In this document: positions 25,990 to 39,402 of the stretch, in pieces
Numbering within the stretch: the stretch's first letter is position 1
Layout of the letters: each line of letters starts with the position of its first letter
Source of the DNA: Octopus bimaculoides
Lineage: Eukaryota
Reading direction: 5' to 3'
NCBI RefSeq assembly: GCF_001194135.2
Contig: NC_068985.1
Coordinates: forward strand, 28,377,325 to 28,441,324
Length of the DNA stretch: 64,000 bases
Position numbers and translations under genes: made by a program
The notes under the pieces: model-generated
Databases searched by the model: none
What the model saw: only the letters and a program-made list of their open reading frames with translations
What the model was told of the DNA's origin: nothing

Positions 25990-27393
25990 ATGGACAGGTG
26001 TGACCCCACAAACCACGTTCCACCATTGGACCTTTTCAAATCCTTTATGTCATCCCTTAAGTAGACACATCCACTCTCAACATCCTTCCACCTTTTCTCG
26101 TATATACTTAGTGGGAGGCAACTCCTTTGCAGTCTTATTTCCCTTTTGAGTTGAGAAACAAAAAGGTGTACCAATCCACGGCTGGAGATGAAGTCATCTG
26201 TCACTTCTCCTTTCATGAGAGACTTCCACACTACTTCTTTTGCAATCGCTACTACAGCAAGAAAACAAAGCTTCCCTTCTTTCTTCCAGAGGGTTGGGGT
26301 CGGTGGAACAATCTTTATAATTAATTGAGTCAGAGCACAACTGTAATTCTTTCCAAACGTGACAGCAGCCGTTCGACATAAACCCACAACTCCGAGAGTT
26401 TCGGACACTGCACAACAGCGTGCAGAACAGTTTCACTGCCTTGTTTGCATCTTGGGCACGTGGATTGGTATGAAGAGCCGTTGTTGGCGAGTTTATCTCG
26501 AACTAGTAAGGCACTTCGGTAACACTGCCAAGCCAGAGACTTTTGGAAGTTATCCAAAGGCCCCGCCCCGAATGTCCTTCGAAACAAACCAGCAAGCTGA
26601 CTATCGTCGAATTCCACCAGAACGTCTTCACACTTGGCCTCTACTAACCCTCTGTAGAATGGCGAAGTGGAACCCTCGCCACCGGCATTAACCGTCTGAG
26701 AGAGAAGCGCGAAAACCTGCCGACATTCGGTCTGCCACGCTCCCAACTTAAGTCTAAGCTTGATCCATGGCTCCAATTCACCGAAACTAGTGAATCGAGG
26801 AATATTAGCTTGACGAACGGAGACTACACTCGTTCACCATCCAGGTAGAGCCAGAGATGCCTCAACCTCAGCGCATGCCTGTCCATCATCAGCCACATCA
26901 TCCCTAGCCCACCTTTCAGCGGATATTGGCAGTAGATAGAGCACCTTACAAGCCTTACAAAAAGCGAAAGAGCAATCGTTCCAACTTGCTTAGCCAAGAA
27001 TCAGGGCAAGGCACGACGGTTAGGCGGTAAGGGATCACAGGTGCGATAAACACATTCATGATCTCCGCCCTCCCTTTCAGGGATAACTACTGCTCAGACC
27101 AGGTCTGAGTTAAGTGAGTCACCCTGCACGTAACCTCGCTCCAGTTTTTTCTCTGGAGGTCCAGACCGAACCAAACCCCTAGCATTTTTACTAGACCGTT
27201 CATCCATAGTCCCATGACGCTGTTGGGCAGCATCGACTTACCTCTCTAGGTGCCGAGCTGCAAGCCGACCGACTTCTCACGATTAATTTTTACTCCTGCC
27301 ACCACCTCATATTCCTTTATAACCTCACATACCCACTGCAGGTGCTTGACCATGGATACGATGATTGTGATGTTGTCTGCATACGCCGTTAAT
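25990..27393 (-). pseudogene. L1/Tx1-clade LINE ORF2 3' part (RT palm to CCHC finger), 5'-truncated
   Basis: YADN at 27372-27383; VKMLGVWFG..LSLKGRAEIMN..PLKGGLG; CPRCKQGSETVLHAVVQCP; AKEVVWK; stops and frameshifts. Confidence 0.9.
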
Positions 27394-28752
27394 CTATTTT
27401 TGAGAATAGTTTTCTTACTGAAGCAGGTTGATATGTTTTAATTCTAAAATAATGGTTTACATAAATGGCAATTGGGCATAAAACACATATTGAATGGTTA
27501 GCTGCACTTCCAATAACTAAACACATTAGATGCACGTCCAATGTCTAAACACATTTCGCCTAAAGTATTCTCTTTGTGCTTCATTCTTTTCAATGACTTT
27601 TCTAAAACAAGGCTAACAATTTCTTCACAGAAGCAAAATAAACGCTTATAAGTCTCTGAATTAATACATAACAACTCTTTTTTGCAGTAACCTACTTGTT
27701 TACTCATTTGAAGCAAGGAAATAATAAACGTTAATCGTTTTCAATTTGAATTTTAAACCCTACGAAACTACACGTAAAATACATTAGATTTTGGACATAA
27801 ATGACATTAACTTATACAAAAATAAAATTAACAAGGATAAATATGCTGAATAAAGCGCTAGAAATACATACCGAAACACTGAAACAGAAAATGAAAGAAA
27901 TAAAAACTAACACTAGTTTTACATACGTTTGATTAAACTGCATTACATAGTTCGTAGAATTTTATGGCGGCAGAGGAAGACGCTTCCGCTTGCAGATGGC
28001 AACAGCTTATTGATGCATGGCATTACTGTAAATGAAAGGGTCTAGTTGTATTATTGTATATCACAGTGGTGCTATTTAATAGCAGACTGTATGTGCTCTG
28101 CACATATATCCATTAACAATACTGTTTCGCCAACGAAAAAAACAGACATACGTATATATGCACACACACACACAAACACACACACACTCAAATACACACG
28201 CACACTTACATATTATCCTATATGTCTTCTTGTCATTACGTTACTTAGCCCGTCGGTAACGCTTTCACGTGATTAGAGACAAAGAGGGACAAAAGAAAAG
28301 AGAAAGAGAGAAAAAGAGGATGAGGAAAGCGTCCATGACGTGAGGTAGAGGGACGTAATTTTAACATTTTCACGTGATTAGTTGAAGGGAAAGAGAGAAC
28401 AAGAGAAGGGAAAAGGAGAGAGAAAAAAGAGGATAATGCGAATAATGAGGCAGAAAGAGAGAGAAAGAAAAAAGACAGAGAGAAGCATTCATGATATTTG
28501 GAAAGGGGAACGTAATATTTATTACATGGGTAAAGCAGTCAGTTGAAAGTAATGATATAGAGGAGAGTTAAGAATATAATTTTAGCAGAGGGGTGATGTT
28601 CTGATTGTGAGATTAAAGAAAGGCACACAGAGAGAGAATTGATGGTGGTGGTGGTGGTGGTGGACTTGGTGATTGTGAGTAGTTGAAAGTAATTTTTTTA
28701 AAAATTGAACTAAGTTTTTTATATCACCTATCACTTAACGCATGCGCATCTC

Positions 28753-28970
28753 AAACTTGTCATTCACTTTAGAAAGAGACCAGTTTCTCGTTCGCCTGTC
28801 ACACACAAGAACTATCAATAACTCACAAACGCAGACATTTGATAAAATGGGGTTGTTCTTGCCTGAACCATGGCCAACTATATGTTGTATTGTCAAGGGC
28901 TTGCAAATTATCTGATGTGCGAGTTATCAACACTGAAGAAGAGGGAGAACTTACACGAAGAACATAATCT
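28753..28970 (+). pseudogene. Helitron-type PIF1 helicase C-terminal fragment
   Basis: RDQFLVRLSHTRTINNSQTQTFDKMGLFLPE-(fs)-HGQLYVVLSR versus the PIF1 consensus RxQFPVRLAFAMTINKSQGQT..FSHGQLYVALSR. Confidence 0.8.
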
Positions 28971-30204
28971 GCAAAGAAGTATTGGATTGAATGGTGTACG
29001 CAAATTGAAATGTGCATTGGCTCTGACCCATCGCTTTAGCTTATAAGTTACCAACGGTGTGGTGTTCAGAGTATGCCATGTTGCATTAAATTGTTACCCC
29101 CGTGAAATTGTGACCCCTATATTTTACAAATAAAATAACTTGTTTTTTTACTTTAAAATTGTTGTCTTATAGATATGAAACCGTGACCACGTAAATTTTA
29201 AAATGTATTTTTTTCTGTTTATGTGGAAAATGGTAAAATAACAGTGAATATTTAATTTATGGCTGCTGTGTATTCAATCTATAAAATTGTGCAAAAAGTT
29301 TGTAATGTATATATATAAAGTGCATTAAGTAATCATCGTATTCCAATTTCCTTCACTTTTCAATGAATAGCAGATGAGCGACAATATTTTGATACAGACA
29401 CACCAATAGGTTTACAATTAATTCAGTGAAAGAATCACGGATCCCACAAGTTGTTGTTGTTTAAGACAAGTAAATCACATAAATACAGGTTTGTATCCCA
29501 TTGAATTAATAACATTTAATTTCTTATAGTATCATGATTTAATTATGCACCACACGCTAGCACAATTAACGATTTTATAATATGTCGGATCAAAGACTAC
29601 CTGTCTAATAAAGCGTTTTATCTACTCATTCAGTACAATTAGAATTATTGCTTATATTAAAATATATCTCACCTGCCCCTTTCCGTAATTTACACCTATT
29701 AAGTTACTTTACCAAATGATTATTACTTTTGTCCTCAGTTCTTGTTCGGGTAAGAGGAAGATTTTTTTTTTTTTTTTTGATATTTTAAGTATGAAAATTA
29801 TGGCTTAGAATCAAATGGTTATTGATTCATAGATTGGGTGTACTTCCAATTTGGCCAATTACCACGAAGGAACAAATTAGGTCATCTTGTTAAAACATAC
29901 AACAATGAAAATGTATTCTGAGGTAAGCAATGCATATTTAAAGGGACTGCTTCTAGGATGCCTCGTACCTGGTTCCAGCGATTGATAAAATGGCAGTTTG
30001 CCGATGTTTACTGTTGCAACTTAGAAAAACAATTTTCACTTATGTTTTCTTTGGCTATCCTTATGATCGTCCCCTTTACATATGCAGATACACACGCACC
30101 TACACACAAATATCCATAAAAGTATATATATTTGAGTGTGAGAATAAATTTTCTCATATATATATATATATATATATATGAATTTTTCGATAATACATTA
30201 AAGT

Positions 30205-30772
30205 CGACAGTCTGGTCTTAAGGCAACCAAAAATTTAAATGCTGCAAATATCAAATTACCAAGCAACTTGCAAAGATTCCACGATGTTATAGAAAGTATC
30301 AATTTCGATCTAAACAATTTGTAGGAAGATTTCAAAATAAAAGTATTTCTGGTTGCAAGTTCTTCAGTAGGATTTAAATCGCGTAAGACCAATGACTGGT
30401 TTTTAGGCAAATCACCAGAAATTCATAATCTACTTTTAGAAAAACAAAACTTAGGCTTTTTTCTCAGTCCTTAAACGCCAACTCAAACGAAGCTTACAGA
30501 AAGCTGAAAGGGAAAGTGTAGATTGCTCTAAAGAAAATTAAGCAGAAATGGTAGAATGACAGAGCAAAAGGGGCACAAGAAGCAGCAGATAGAAATGATG
30601 CCAAGGGTTTGTACTCTAATGTTAAGGAAGTATATGGCCCAAAATCTTCTACAGTAGCTCCAATGAGAACAGCAAATGGATATTTGCTTCTGACTGACAC
30701 CGCTTCTATTCATAAGTGTTGGGTAGAACATTTTTCTGCACTTTTGAATAGACCATCATCCGTTGACATGAG
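30205..30772 (+). pseudogene. RTE-clade LINE fragment (EN-RT linker)
   Basis: GFKSRKTNDWF..EIHNLL..AADRNDAKGLYSNVKEVYGP..LLTD..WVEHFSALLNRPSSV. Confidence 0.8.
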
Positions 30773-30799
30773 GATGAGAGAAAAAAATTGAACACCTTA

Positions 30800-31751
30800 A
30801 CAGAATGCACATGTCAGAAATGTTTTTTAAAATTCCGATCTGGAGATTTTTCACTCAAAGATAACCAACGTTCTGGTAGACCTTGGGAAGTTGATGATGA
30901 CAGAATCAAAGCCATAATTGAATCTGATTGTCATGAACTGTGCGAGAGATTGCAGAGAGGTTAAATGTATCTTACGCAACAATAGAAAATCACTTACAAT
31001 GTCTTGGACTTGTTAAGAAGCTCGATATTTGGGTTCCACATAAATTGAAAGTGATTCACTTAACACAACGAATCAATATTTGCGATATGTATCTCAAATG
31101 CAATGAAATCTATCTTTTTTTAAATGAATTATCACTGGTGGTACAAATGGATTGTTTACAATAACGTCGATCGAAAACGAGTGTAGTCCAAGCGTAATGA
31201 ACCAGCACAAACCACATAGCAAACTGAATTGCATAAAAATGGTCATGTGTCAATTTGGTGGAAGTTCAAATGCGTTGTTTATTTTGAGCTGTTTCCAAGG
31301 AACCAAATGATCAATTCAGATATTTACTGTCAACAACTAAGAAAACTGAAGGAATCAATCAAAGAAAAACCAGAATTGGTTAATCGTAAAGGACTCATGT
31401 TCCATGACAATGCTAGACCACAAACGTCTTTGCTAACGCGTAAAAAATTATTGGAACTTGGTTGGGAAGTGATGTCACATCCATCAGATTGCTATTTATT
31501 TTGATGTTTGCAAAATTCTTTTAATAGTGAAGTTTTCAATAATGATGATGACCTGAAATCGCACTTGCTTCAGTTTTTGGCTTATAAGGACCAGAAGTTC
31601 TATGAGCGCAGAATCCTGAAGTTACCTGAAAGATGGCAAAAGGTCATCTAACAAAATGGAAAATATATAATTGATTAAAGTTCATTTTTGTATGAAAAAA
31701 AATTACTTTTATTTCACACTAAAAAATCGAAATTGCTTTCTTGCCAACCCA

Positions 31752-31752
<1 letters not shown>
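30800..31752 (+). mobile_element. Decayed mariner transposon (transposase pseudogene, 3' TIR, 5' end missing)
   Basis: FRSGDFSLKD..RSGRP..WVPHKL..HDNARP..LPERWQKVI; YSPDLAP region deleted; terminus GCTTTCTTGCCAACCCAA-TA. Confidence 0.9.
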
Positions 31753-31810
<58 letters not shown>

Positions 31811-32859
31811 GATATATACATATATATATATATACATATGTATATACATACATACACACACACACATATACATGCATACATATATGCTTGCATACATACA
31901 TACATAGATACATACATACATACATACATGCATACATACATACATACATACATACATAGGACGGAACGCCTCATATTTTGTATCCACTAATTTGAATTAC
32001 AATTTCACTTAAAAGGCATTGGTTGACCAGAAGCTATAACTGAAGTCACCTGTCCCAGATACCTCGCAGTCGAATAAGATTAGAGGCCATGAGGTTGTCA
32101 TATGAAGATCTTAGCCCTTGTACTTATAATGATCAAAACATTTCCCAATTTATCTGAAACTCACACATTAACTGTTTTCTTGTTCACATTATTGACAAAT
32201 TGCGTGACTCGATGTTTAACTGTAACTGATTTATCTACATATCAATAATTTGGATTTATATTTAGAAATCAAAACTTAAAGTTGTGGTGCATTTTATATT
32301 GTTAAAAATTGCTTCGTCATCAAACGACTTATTGTAGTTAATTCTGTGAATGCATATTTAATATATGGAATGTTAAATAACTTATGTACTATCAAATGCG
32401 CAGTGCAGCAAAAATAATATTCGACCATTATTGATATTTTTATTTTCGTTTGCCCAACAAAAATTCTGCAGATGTTTTAGATTTGCTCAGTTTCTTAAGT
32501 AAAAGAATAGTCTCGCAGAAAATTACAGAAGTAATAACGAACGCAGAATAATGTTTATTTGTTTGTACAGAGAAAAAAAGAATGTCTTTACTAAATAATT
32601 TATACCAGTAACAAATAAGCGTTATATGAATGATTTAAACTCAGAATGTTTACATGTGAAAGCAGCAGATATATATATTTATATGCATATATATATACGT
32701 ACAGACATGCATATATATATATATATTCTTTTATTCGTTTCCGTCCTTTGACAGCAGCCATGTTGGGGCACCGCCTTGAAGCAGATACGCCAGTTCAATT
32801 TAATTCATCCTTAGTCGAAAGACACCTGTTGTTATGTCCTGCTATTATTTTTATTGTAT

Positions 32860-33330
32860 TTTTGTAACATTGTTCGTTTTTTTTCCGTCCTTGTTTTTGT
32901 ATACATTCGCTGCTTTCTTCCAAGGAATCTAATGCGCTTAGCTTAGTTTATCCTTGGGGCTGGCCAGATTGGAGAAATCTCGAGTATAATGAGCCGAAAT
33001 TGTGAAGATAATCTGGTACTCGACTGAGGAAAGAAAACTTCGAATGACCCATACTTTTTTTTTTGTGTCGTCTATCTGGATGTTTTGTTGTCCCATTTTT
33101 GTATCACCTAACTGTCCGGATGTTTCGCGTTCTTGTCCCATTTTGTATTTTTTTATATGTATGCATTTATATACGCATTCTTACTGTTATCTTATAAAAC
33201 TTATATATGTTATATCTTTTTGTATAGCTAGTTTATCATTTTATTTTCTATCTTCATTTCTGTTAATGTTGCCTCTTTCGTATGCATTCACCATGTTTAC
33301 ACCGCTTATTTTTACGTTCTTTTAAATCAT
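32860..33330. repeat. Probable unclassified interspersed repeat
   Basis: T-rich/GC-mixed unit with internal near-duplication (GGATGTTT..TTGTCCCATTTT twice); only one copy here. Confidence 0.3.
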
Positions 33331-35229
33331 ATTTTTATTTATGTGTTTATGTTATGCTCTTATATAAATGTATATATATATATATATATACATATATATA
33401 TANNNNNNNNNNTGTATTGATCTGTATTATCTACTATCATGATACACTTGTGTTTTGCTCTGTCACATAATATGAATGAGAAAGGAAGGGTTGATAAATA
33501 AATAAGGGAGGAAGGGGTGATGGCAAACTGGTCGTGAGAGCGTTTCAACTCTTTGTGAGTATGTATGTATTCGTGTGCGTGTACAAGGGCAATATGTAAA
33601 TGTTTCAGGCGGCTCCATTTAATCGATCAATGTATAAGACCATATAGGTTTTCAACATACAGGATACTCCGTTATAATTTTTTAGTAAATTTTTCATCAG
33701 AAATATAGACTAAAAGAATTACATGTTTATTGTTATTATTGTAACAGAATGGACTTAAGGAGAAAATATCCCAAGCCTACTATAATTTGGAGTGGTAGAA
33801 GAGAAGAACAATATATGTGTCAAGAAATGCTAATATAGCTACATTCATCTTTCTCCTTATGAAAATCAAAAGATCCAATGCAGGCTAGTATTCTACATCC
33901 ATTTAGAATTAAGTCCACTGGGAATTGTCAGTTAAGCTCTTGTTGCTGGTGATAAATTAATTAATGTCAGATACTCTTCCCTACCCCTATTTTACTCTGA
34001 CTATAAATTCGCCATGATTACAAAAAGGAACATGCCTCAGAAGATGCCAACAAGATAATGGTATATAACCAGAAAGAGGAATGGTAGGTGTGCCTTAAAC
34101 TATTTTATTACTATCAGTTAAACTAGAAAACAAAGGAGGTCACGAGATCTAAGTGGGCATTAAGGGTACGGGGGAAAATAATATATCCAAATTTAGCAAA
34201 ATTTATATATTATAATATTTTGTATATTAAATAATAAAATTTGAATAATGATATTTAGAAAGGGTTTTAAAGACCAAGTAAGAGAAGGGGGATAGATAAA
34301 CCAATCTAAGCCCTAAAAAGTGCAGTACTTTATATAAAACAGAAACCTCATAATGCTTCATCCTAGCAAACTGTTAAGGTGGTCATGATAAAACTGTTCA
34401 ACAATGAACCCACAATCAAATTCAGATTTCATCCGAGAAGGGTTACCCTGTTTCTATTGACTGTAAACCAAAATTAGGGGCAAACAAATAAGATGATCAG
34501 TTCTATAACAGATGAACTTATTTAAAATACCTTGGAAAAATATGATTACATAAGAAAAATTCCAACATTATGAAAAAATCTTAAAGGTATAAGAAGGTAT
34601 AAAAATACCACTTATATATACAAGACATTTTCATATATATATGTGAATATATAAAAACTATTAAAAAATTAAAGGAAAAATATATTATAATTATAATAAA
34701 TAATTATAAACAAATAAATATTAATACCATATTGGATTATATCATGCCATGATTAACTACAGAGAGAAGTTACAATTCATTGAATGTTACACAAGTATAT
34801 ACGAGGGTAATCAGGTATACAAAACACAAAATATGATAATAAAATACAATATAAAAAAATAAGTAAAATAAACTAAAAAAAAATAAAATAATAAAAATGA
34901 AGGTGTATTTATATATAAAATTTCAATGAAGGATAGAATGGAAAAATAGATATGAAGTTAAAAATTTTACATTGTGGAAACCATAAGATACATACTGGAT
35001 ATAAAAAGAGATAAAAGATAAAAAATTAAAAAATAATAAATAATAAGGATAAGTCGAAGTATTCTAAACAAAAACAAATTGAAAAATAAATAAAGTAAGA
35101 TAAGGATACCATTGGATGCGGTTTTATAAAATATTTGTAAGATGTAATATTACAGGCATTTGGCTCCATTGGTTCCGTTCCATCGACTAAGTCACAGTCC
35201 ATCATAATTTTTTTTTAATTGCCAAGTTG

Positions 35230-35590
35230 ATATCGACTTAATCTCTTTGGCTGTTCTTGTTTGTCCCCTCTATGTTTAGCCCCTTGTGAGCAATAAAGAA
35301 ATGAGAAACGTTAGCACTCCGGGCGAAATGCTTAGCGGTATTTCGTCTGTCTTTACCTTCTGAGTTCAAATTCCGCCGAGGTCGACTTTGTCTTTCATCA
35401 TTTCGGGATCGATAAATTAAGTATCAATTGCGTACTGGTGTCGATCTAATCGACTGTCCTCTTCTTCCAATATTTCGGGCCGTGTGCCTAGAATAGAAAA
35501 GAATAATCGGAGAAACCAGTTAACGATTGAGATCGATGTGATCGACTAAGCCACTTCTGCTGAAACTGAAATTGCTGGCCTTATGCTAAG
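35230..35590 (+). mobile_element. SINE family B tandem remnant (tail fused to headless copy)
   Basis: ..CCCTTGTGAGCAATAAAGAAATGAGAAA|CGTTAGCACTCCGGGCGAAATGC.. Confidence 0.8.
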
Positions 35591-35921
35591 ATTTGAAACA
35601 ATGATGTTCAAATGACATTTTTTATTTTTTTATTTTTTCCATAATGGCCAACGTTGTTGCGCAGAGATATATGTGGCAGTGAGTGTGTAGTACTAGTAGA
35701 GTAGTGATCTTATTGCATCCTTTCATATTCTCACTTCGTTTACTGTCAATGTTGACTTTAACCTTTATCACTTTGAGTTCAACAAAATATACATAATTTA
35801 TTTGGGGTTAATTCACTTAACAATGACGATGTTTTTTTTATATTTGTGCGCATGTGTGTGTACGCGCGCATGTATGTGTGTCTGTGTGTATATATACCGA
35901 TATATGTATATAAGCGTGTAT

Positions 35922-35984
<63 letters not shown>

Positions 35985-36067
35985 TTGTGTGTGTATGCAT
36001 ATATATATATAGAGAGAGAGAGATAGATAGATAGATAGATAGATAGAGTATGTATATATATATATAT

Positions 36068-36235
36068 AGGAGTGGCTGTGTGGCAAGTAGCTAGCTTACC
36101 AACCACATATGGTCCCGGGTTCAGTCCCACTGCGTGGCATCTTGGGCAAGTGTCTTCTACTATAGCCTCGGGCCGACCAAAGCCTTATGAGTGGATTTGG
36201 TAGATGGAAACTGAAAGAAGCCCGTCGTATATATG

Positions 36236-36268
<33 letters not shown>

Positions 36269-36457
36269 GTTCGTATGTGTGTGTTTGTCCCCCCAACATC
36301 GCTTGACAACCGATGCTGGTGTGTTTATGTCCCCGTAACTTAGCGGTTCGGCAAAAGAGACCGAAAGAATAAGTACTAGGCTTCTAAAGTCCTGGGGTCG
36401 ATTTGCTCGACTAAAAGGCGGTGCTCCAGCATGGCCACAGTCAAAAGACTGAAACAA
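36068..36457 (+). mobile_element. SINE family A, near full length
   Basis: Clear head, CORE-like motif, internal (TA)(TG), tail to ATGACTGAAAC-like end. Confidence 0.9.
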
Positions 36458-36547
36458 NNNNNNNNNNACACAGAAATATATATACACTCTCACATACAAA
36501 TAGACTGGCACATGCATATACATATGTTGCTATATACTTTTATACAG

Positions 36548-36594
<47 letters not shown>

Positions 36595-37869
36595 TATACA
36601 CATACTGAACTTGTATTCTTACGTATATCTACTTGCAAACATAAACCAGGTAAAGACCAATCAGTTGGAGGAATATCGTGATCATAACTGTTTCCATTAC
36701 AGCAAGTATGGCTACTGTTAGATGCTGTTCTTGCTTGTATACATTACTTCAATAATATTTCATCTTATATTTTTTGTTCTTGTCATAATACAAAAAAATA
36801 AATAGCTAAATAAAAGTTGACAAATATATTTTGCTTTTTTTTCTTCTCTCCAAACTCTGCCCATGTTAATATTTCGGGATTATTAATAAACTAAGATTTT
36901 TAATATAGACACGAAGCCATTTCAAACAGAAAGAACAAAACTAAAAAAAAAAAAAAAAACGGAAAGAAAACAAAGCCTTCTATATTGATAGAGAAAAATA
37001 ACGATATAAGAAAAAATCTTTGATGTTTCCGAATTAATTACACTTCTTCTCGTTATGTTGTTTTTAACGTTCATTTTTTTAAAAACATAACAGCAAATTT
37101 CCTTACAATTCTCTCCATATAAACATACGTATGCATGTGTGTATATGCGTGCGTGTATCTCTGTGTGCGTTTTTTGGTTGCACATCATTGTTTTTCATTA
37201 GTGATGCTATTGTTTTTTGGTTATTTATGATCATAAATAGGAGGATGATGATTGCAATATTCATGCTCATGTTATTTTTATAACAATATTATTGACATTT
37301 TTTCCCCTTGCTGTTCTTGTTTGTGTTGCTGTTACTGTTGCTACTGTTGTAGCAATAAGGGTTAATTTAGGGTGATGGCATCATTGAAAATTTAATTAGA
37401 ATATTCTAGCAATACCACCAACATATCAATTTTGTATAAAATTAAATATAAAAATATGTGAGAATTTTAGTTGACTTTTTGTCAGACAGATCGATTTAAA
37501 AGTAAGATAATGGAAATAGATTTTCTTAAAAGATGAAGAGTAGATGAGGTAAATCATTTGCATTTATAAGTTTACTAAAGATAAGTGCATTGATCAATAA
37601 GGTCACTCAATAAGAAAGCCATCTCTTCTTATTTGGCTCACACTTTCAATGTAACAACAAATTTAGCTATATACGATAATTACCTAATTTTCTTTAAGAG
37701 AAAAATTATTTAAATCATAAATTCTGTGTTACATTCCATTATCTTCATTAAATTAAGTTTAGACCATCAATCGCCAAGTACAGTGATGAAGATGAAAACA
37801 CAATGAAGCTGGAAACAAATCTGGTGTCCAGAATATACAGTGTATGGGTGAGTCTTAATCATTCTTCGA

Positions 37870-38070
37870 TTCAGTTCGGATCTTTAGTACACGTGACTAG
37901 AGGTTATTAGTCCTCAATGCTTGATCCTGCGCTGCCACCAACAAACGTTCTGTCTCCCATTTCAGCCGTCCATTCTGCAACCACAACTATGTCCAATTAT
38001 TACTATTTTCTGCACTTATCTTTGAAACTCCACCATGAAAAGCCTTATCTTCTCACTCAAATAAACTTGC
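37870..38070 (-). pseudogene. R4/Dong-like LINE fragment (post-RT region)
   Basis: (W)EDKAFHG..WLQNGRLKWETERLLVAAQDQALRTN. Confidence 0.8.
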
Positions 38071-38448
38071 TTCCTTTTTCTGGTTTTAACTAAATATGAC
38101 TCTTTGTTTTCCCTATATCACACTGTTACTCTAGCACTTCGTAAAAACAAATCTTTCGGTTTCCTTACATTAAAATATAATTTTCTTTCATTTTTTTTAG
38201 CAATTTCTTAAACCTGGTTTGGCGATGATCTTTAGATTTAATCTTTCCTTGCATGGCGCTTAATCATACACGTCCATGATAGTTATTATTCGTTGCGGAC
38301 TCATTATCATTATTAGTTGTTTTTTTGTCGTTGTTGTTGTTGCTATTTAAGACGTCGCACAATATCCAATATCGTGATGTTGTTGATTGAAGATATTTTG
38401 TCTAGCGGGGATTTGTACTGTCTGTCAAGTCACAACAAGGACCTCAGA

Positions 38449-38568
<120 letters not shown>

Positions 38569-39122
38569 TGCAACTTGCATTACATATTACATTTCAATAT
38601 ATTTGGAAACAATATTTTACCGTAAATCTTAGAAGAATGTCTCACTGGACTGAACAGCTGGGCCTAAAATTACACATTAGTTTCTGAATCATAAATAAAA
38701 TTAGTGAAATAACTATACAGTAGACATATAGGCAGAACTAATTTGCAGTTTAAAGTCTTACATAAGTGTTAGCTGAGTACGATTAAGTCTAGCTACAGCT
38801 ATCATAAAGAATGATGTTATCATTTATTCATATGTGAAGATGAAACAGAACCAATAATGTTCTTAGAATTAGATCCATGGGAACAAAGAGCTGAATATTT
38901 CCTTTGTGAATAGTCATCTTTGGCGTCAGGAAATAATTTTTGGCGTTATTTCAAGCTCCTCAAAAGGTTTGTTTAAATTAACTGGAGAACGTAAACAAAA
39001 TTGCGTCGGCGAAAGATTAAAAAAAAATAAGGGCGTCTTTTTCTCCAACACCGAAAATCGAACGCCAGACTTTTCTTCAGAGTAGGTACAAACACGTTTT
39101 TTTCTTACGCCCAGACAAGCAT

Positions 39123-39167
<45 letters not shown>

Positions 39168-39177
39168 NNNNNNNNNN

Positions 39178-39222
<45 letters not shown>

Positions 39223-39402
39223 AACATACACATGCTCACACACACGCACAGAACACACACACACATACACACGCGTACACACACACAAACACACTCACAC
39301 ACGTACACACACACACGCACAGAACACACACACGCACAGAACATACACACATACTCACGCACACGTATACAATCACTACACTCACTACACTCACACACGC
39401 AC

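Noticed and set aside
37763-37847. Exon-like segment with GG|GTGAGT donor (PSIAKYSDEDENTMKLETNLVSRIYSVW)
   Set aside because: Poor pyrimidine tract and directly adjacent to an antisense LINE fragment; no recognisable homology
38926-38990. Possible minus-strand terminal exon (VNLNKPFEELEITPKIIS*) after a good acceptor
   Set aside because: Isolated, no partner exon found, and opposite strand to the other exon candidates
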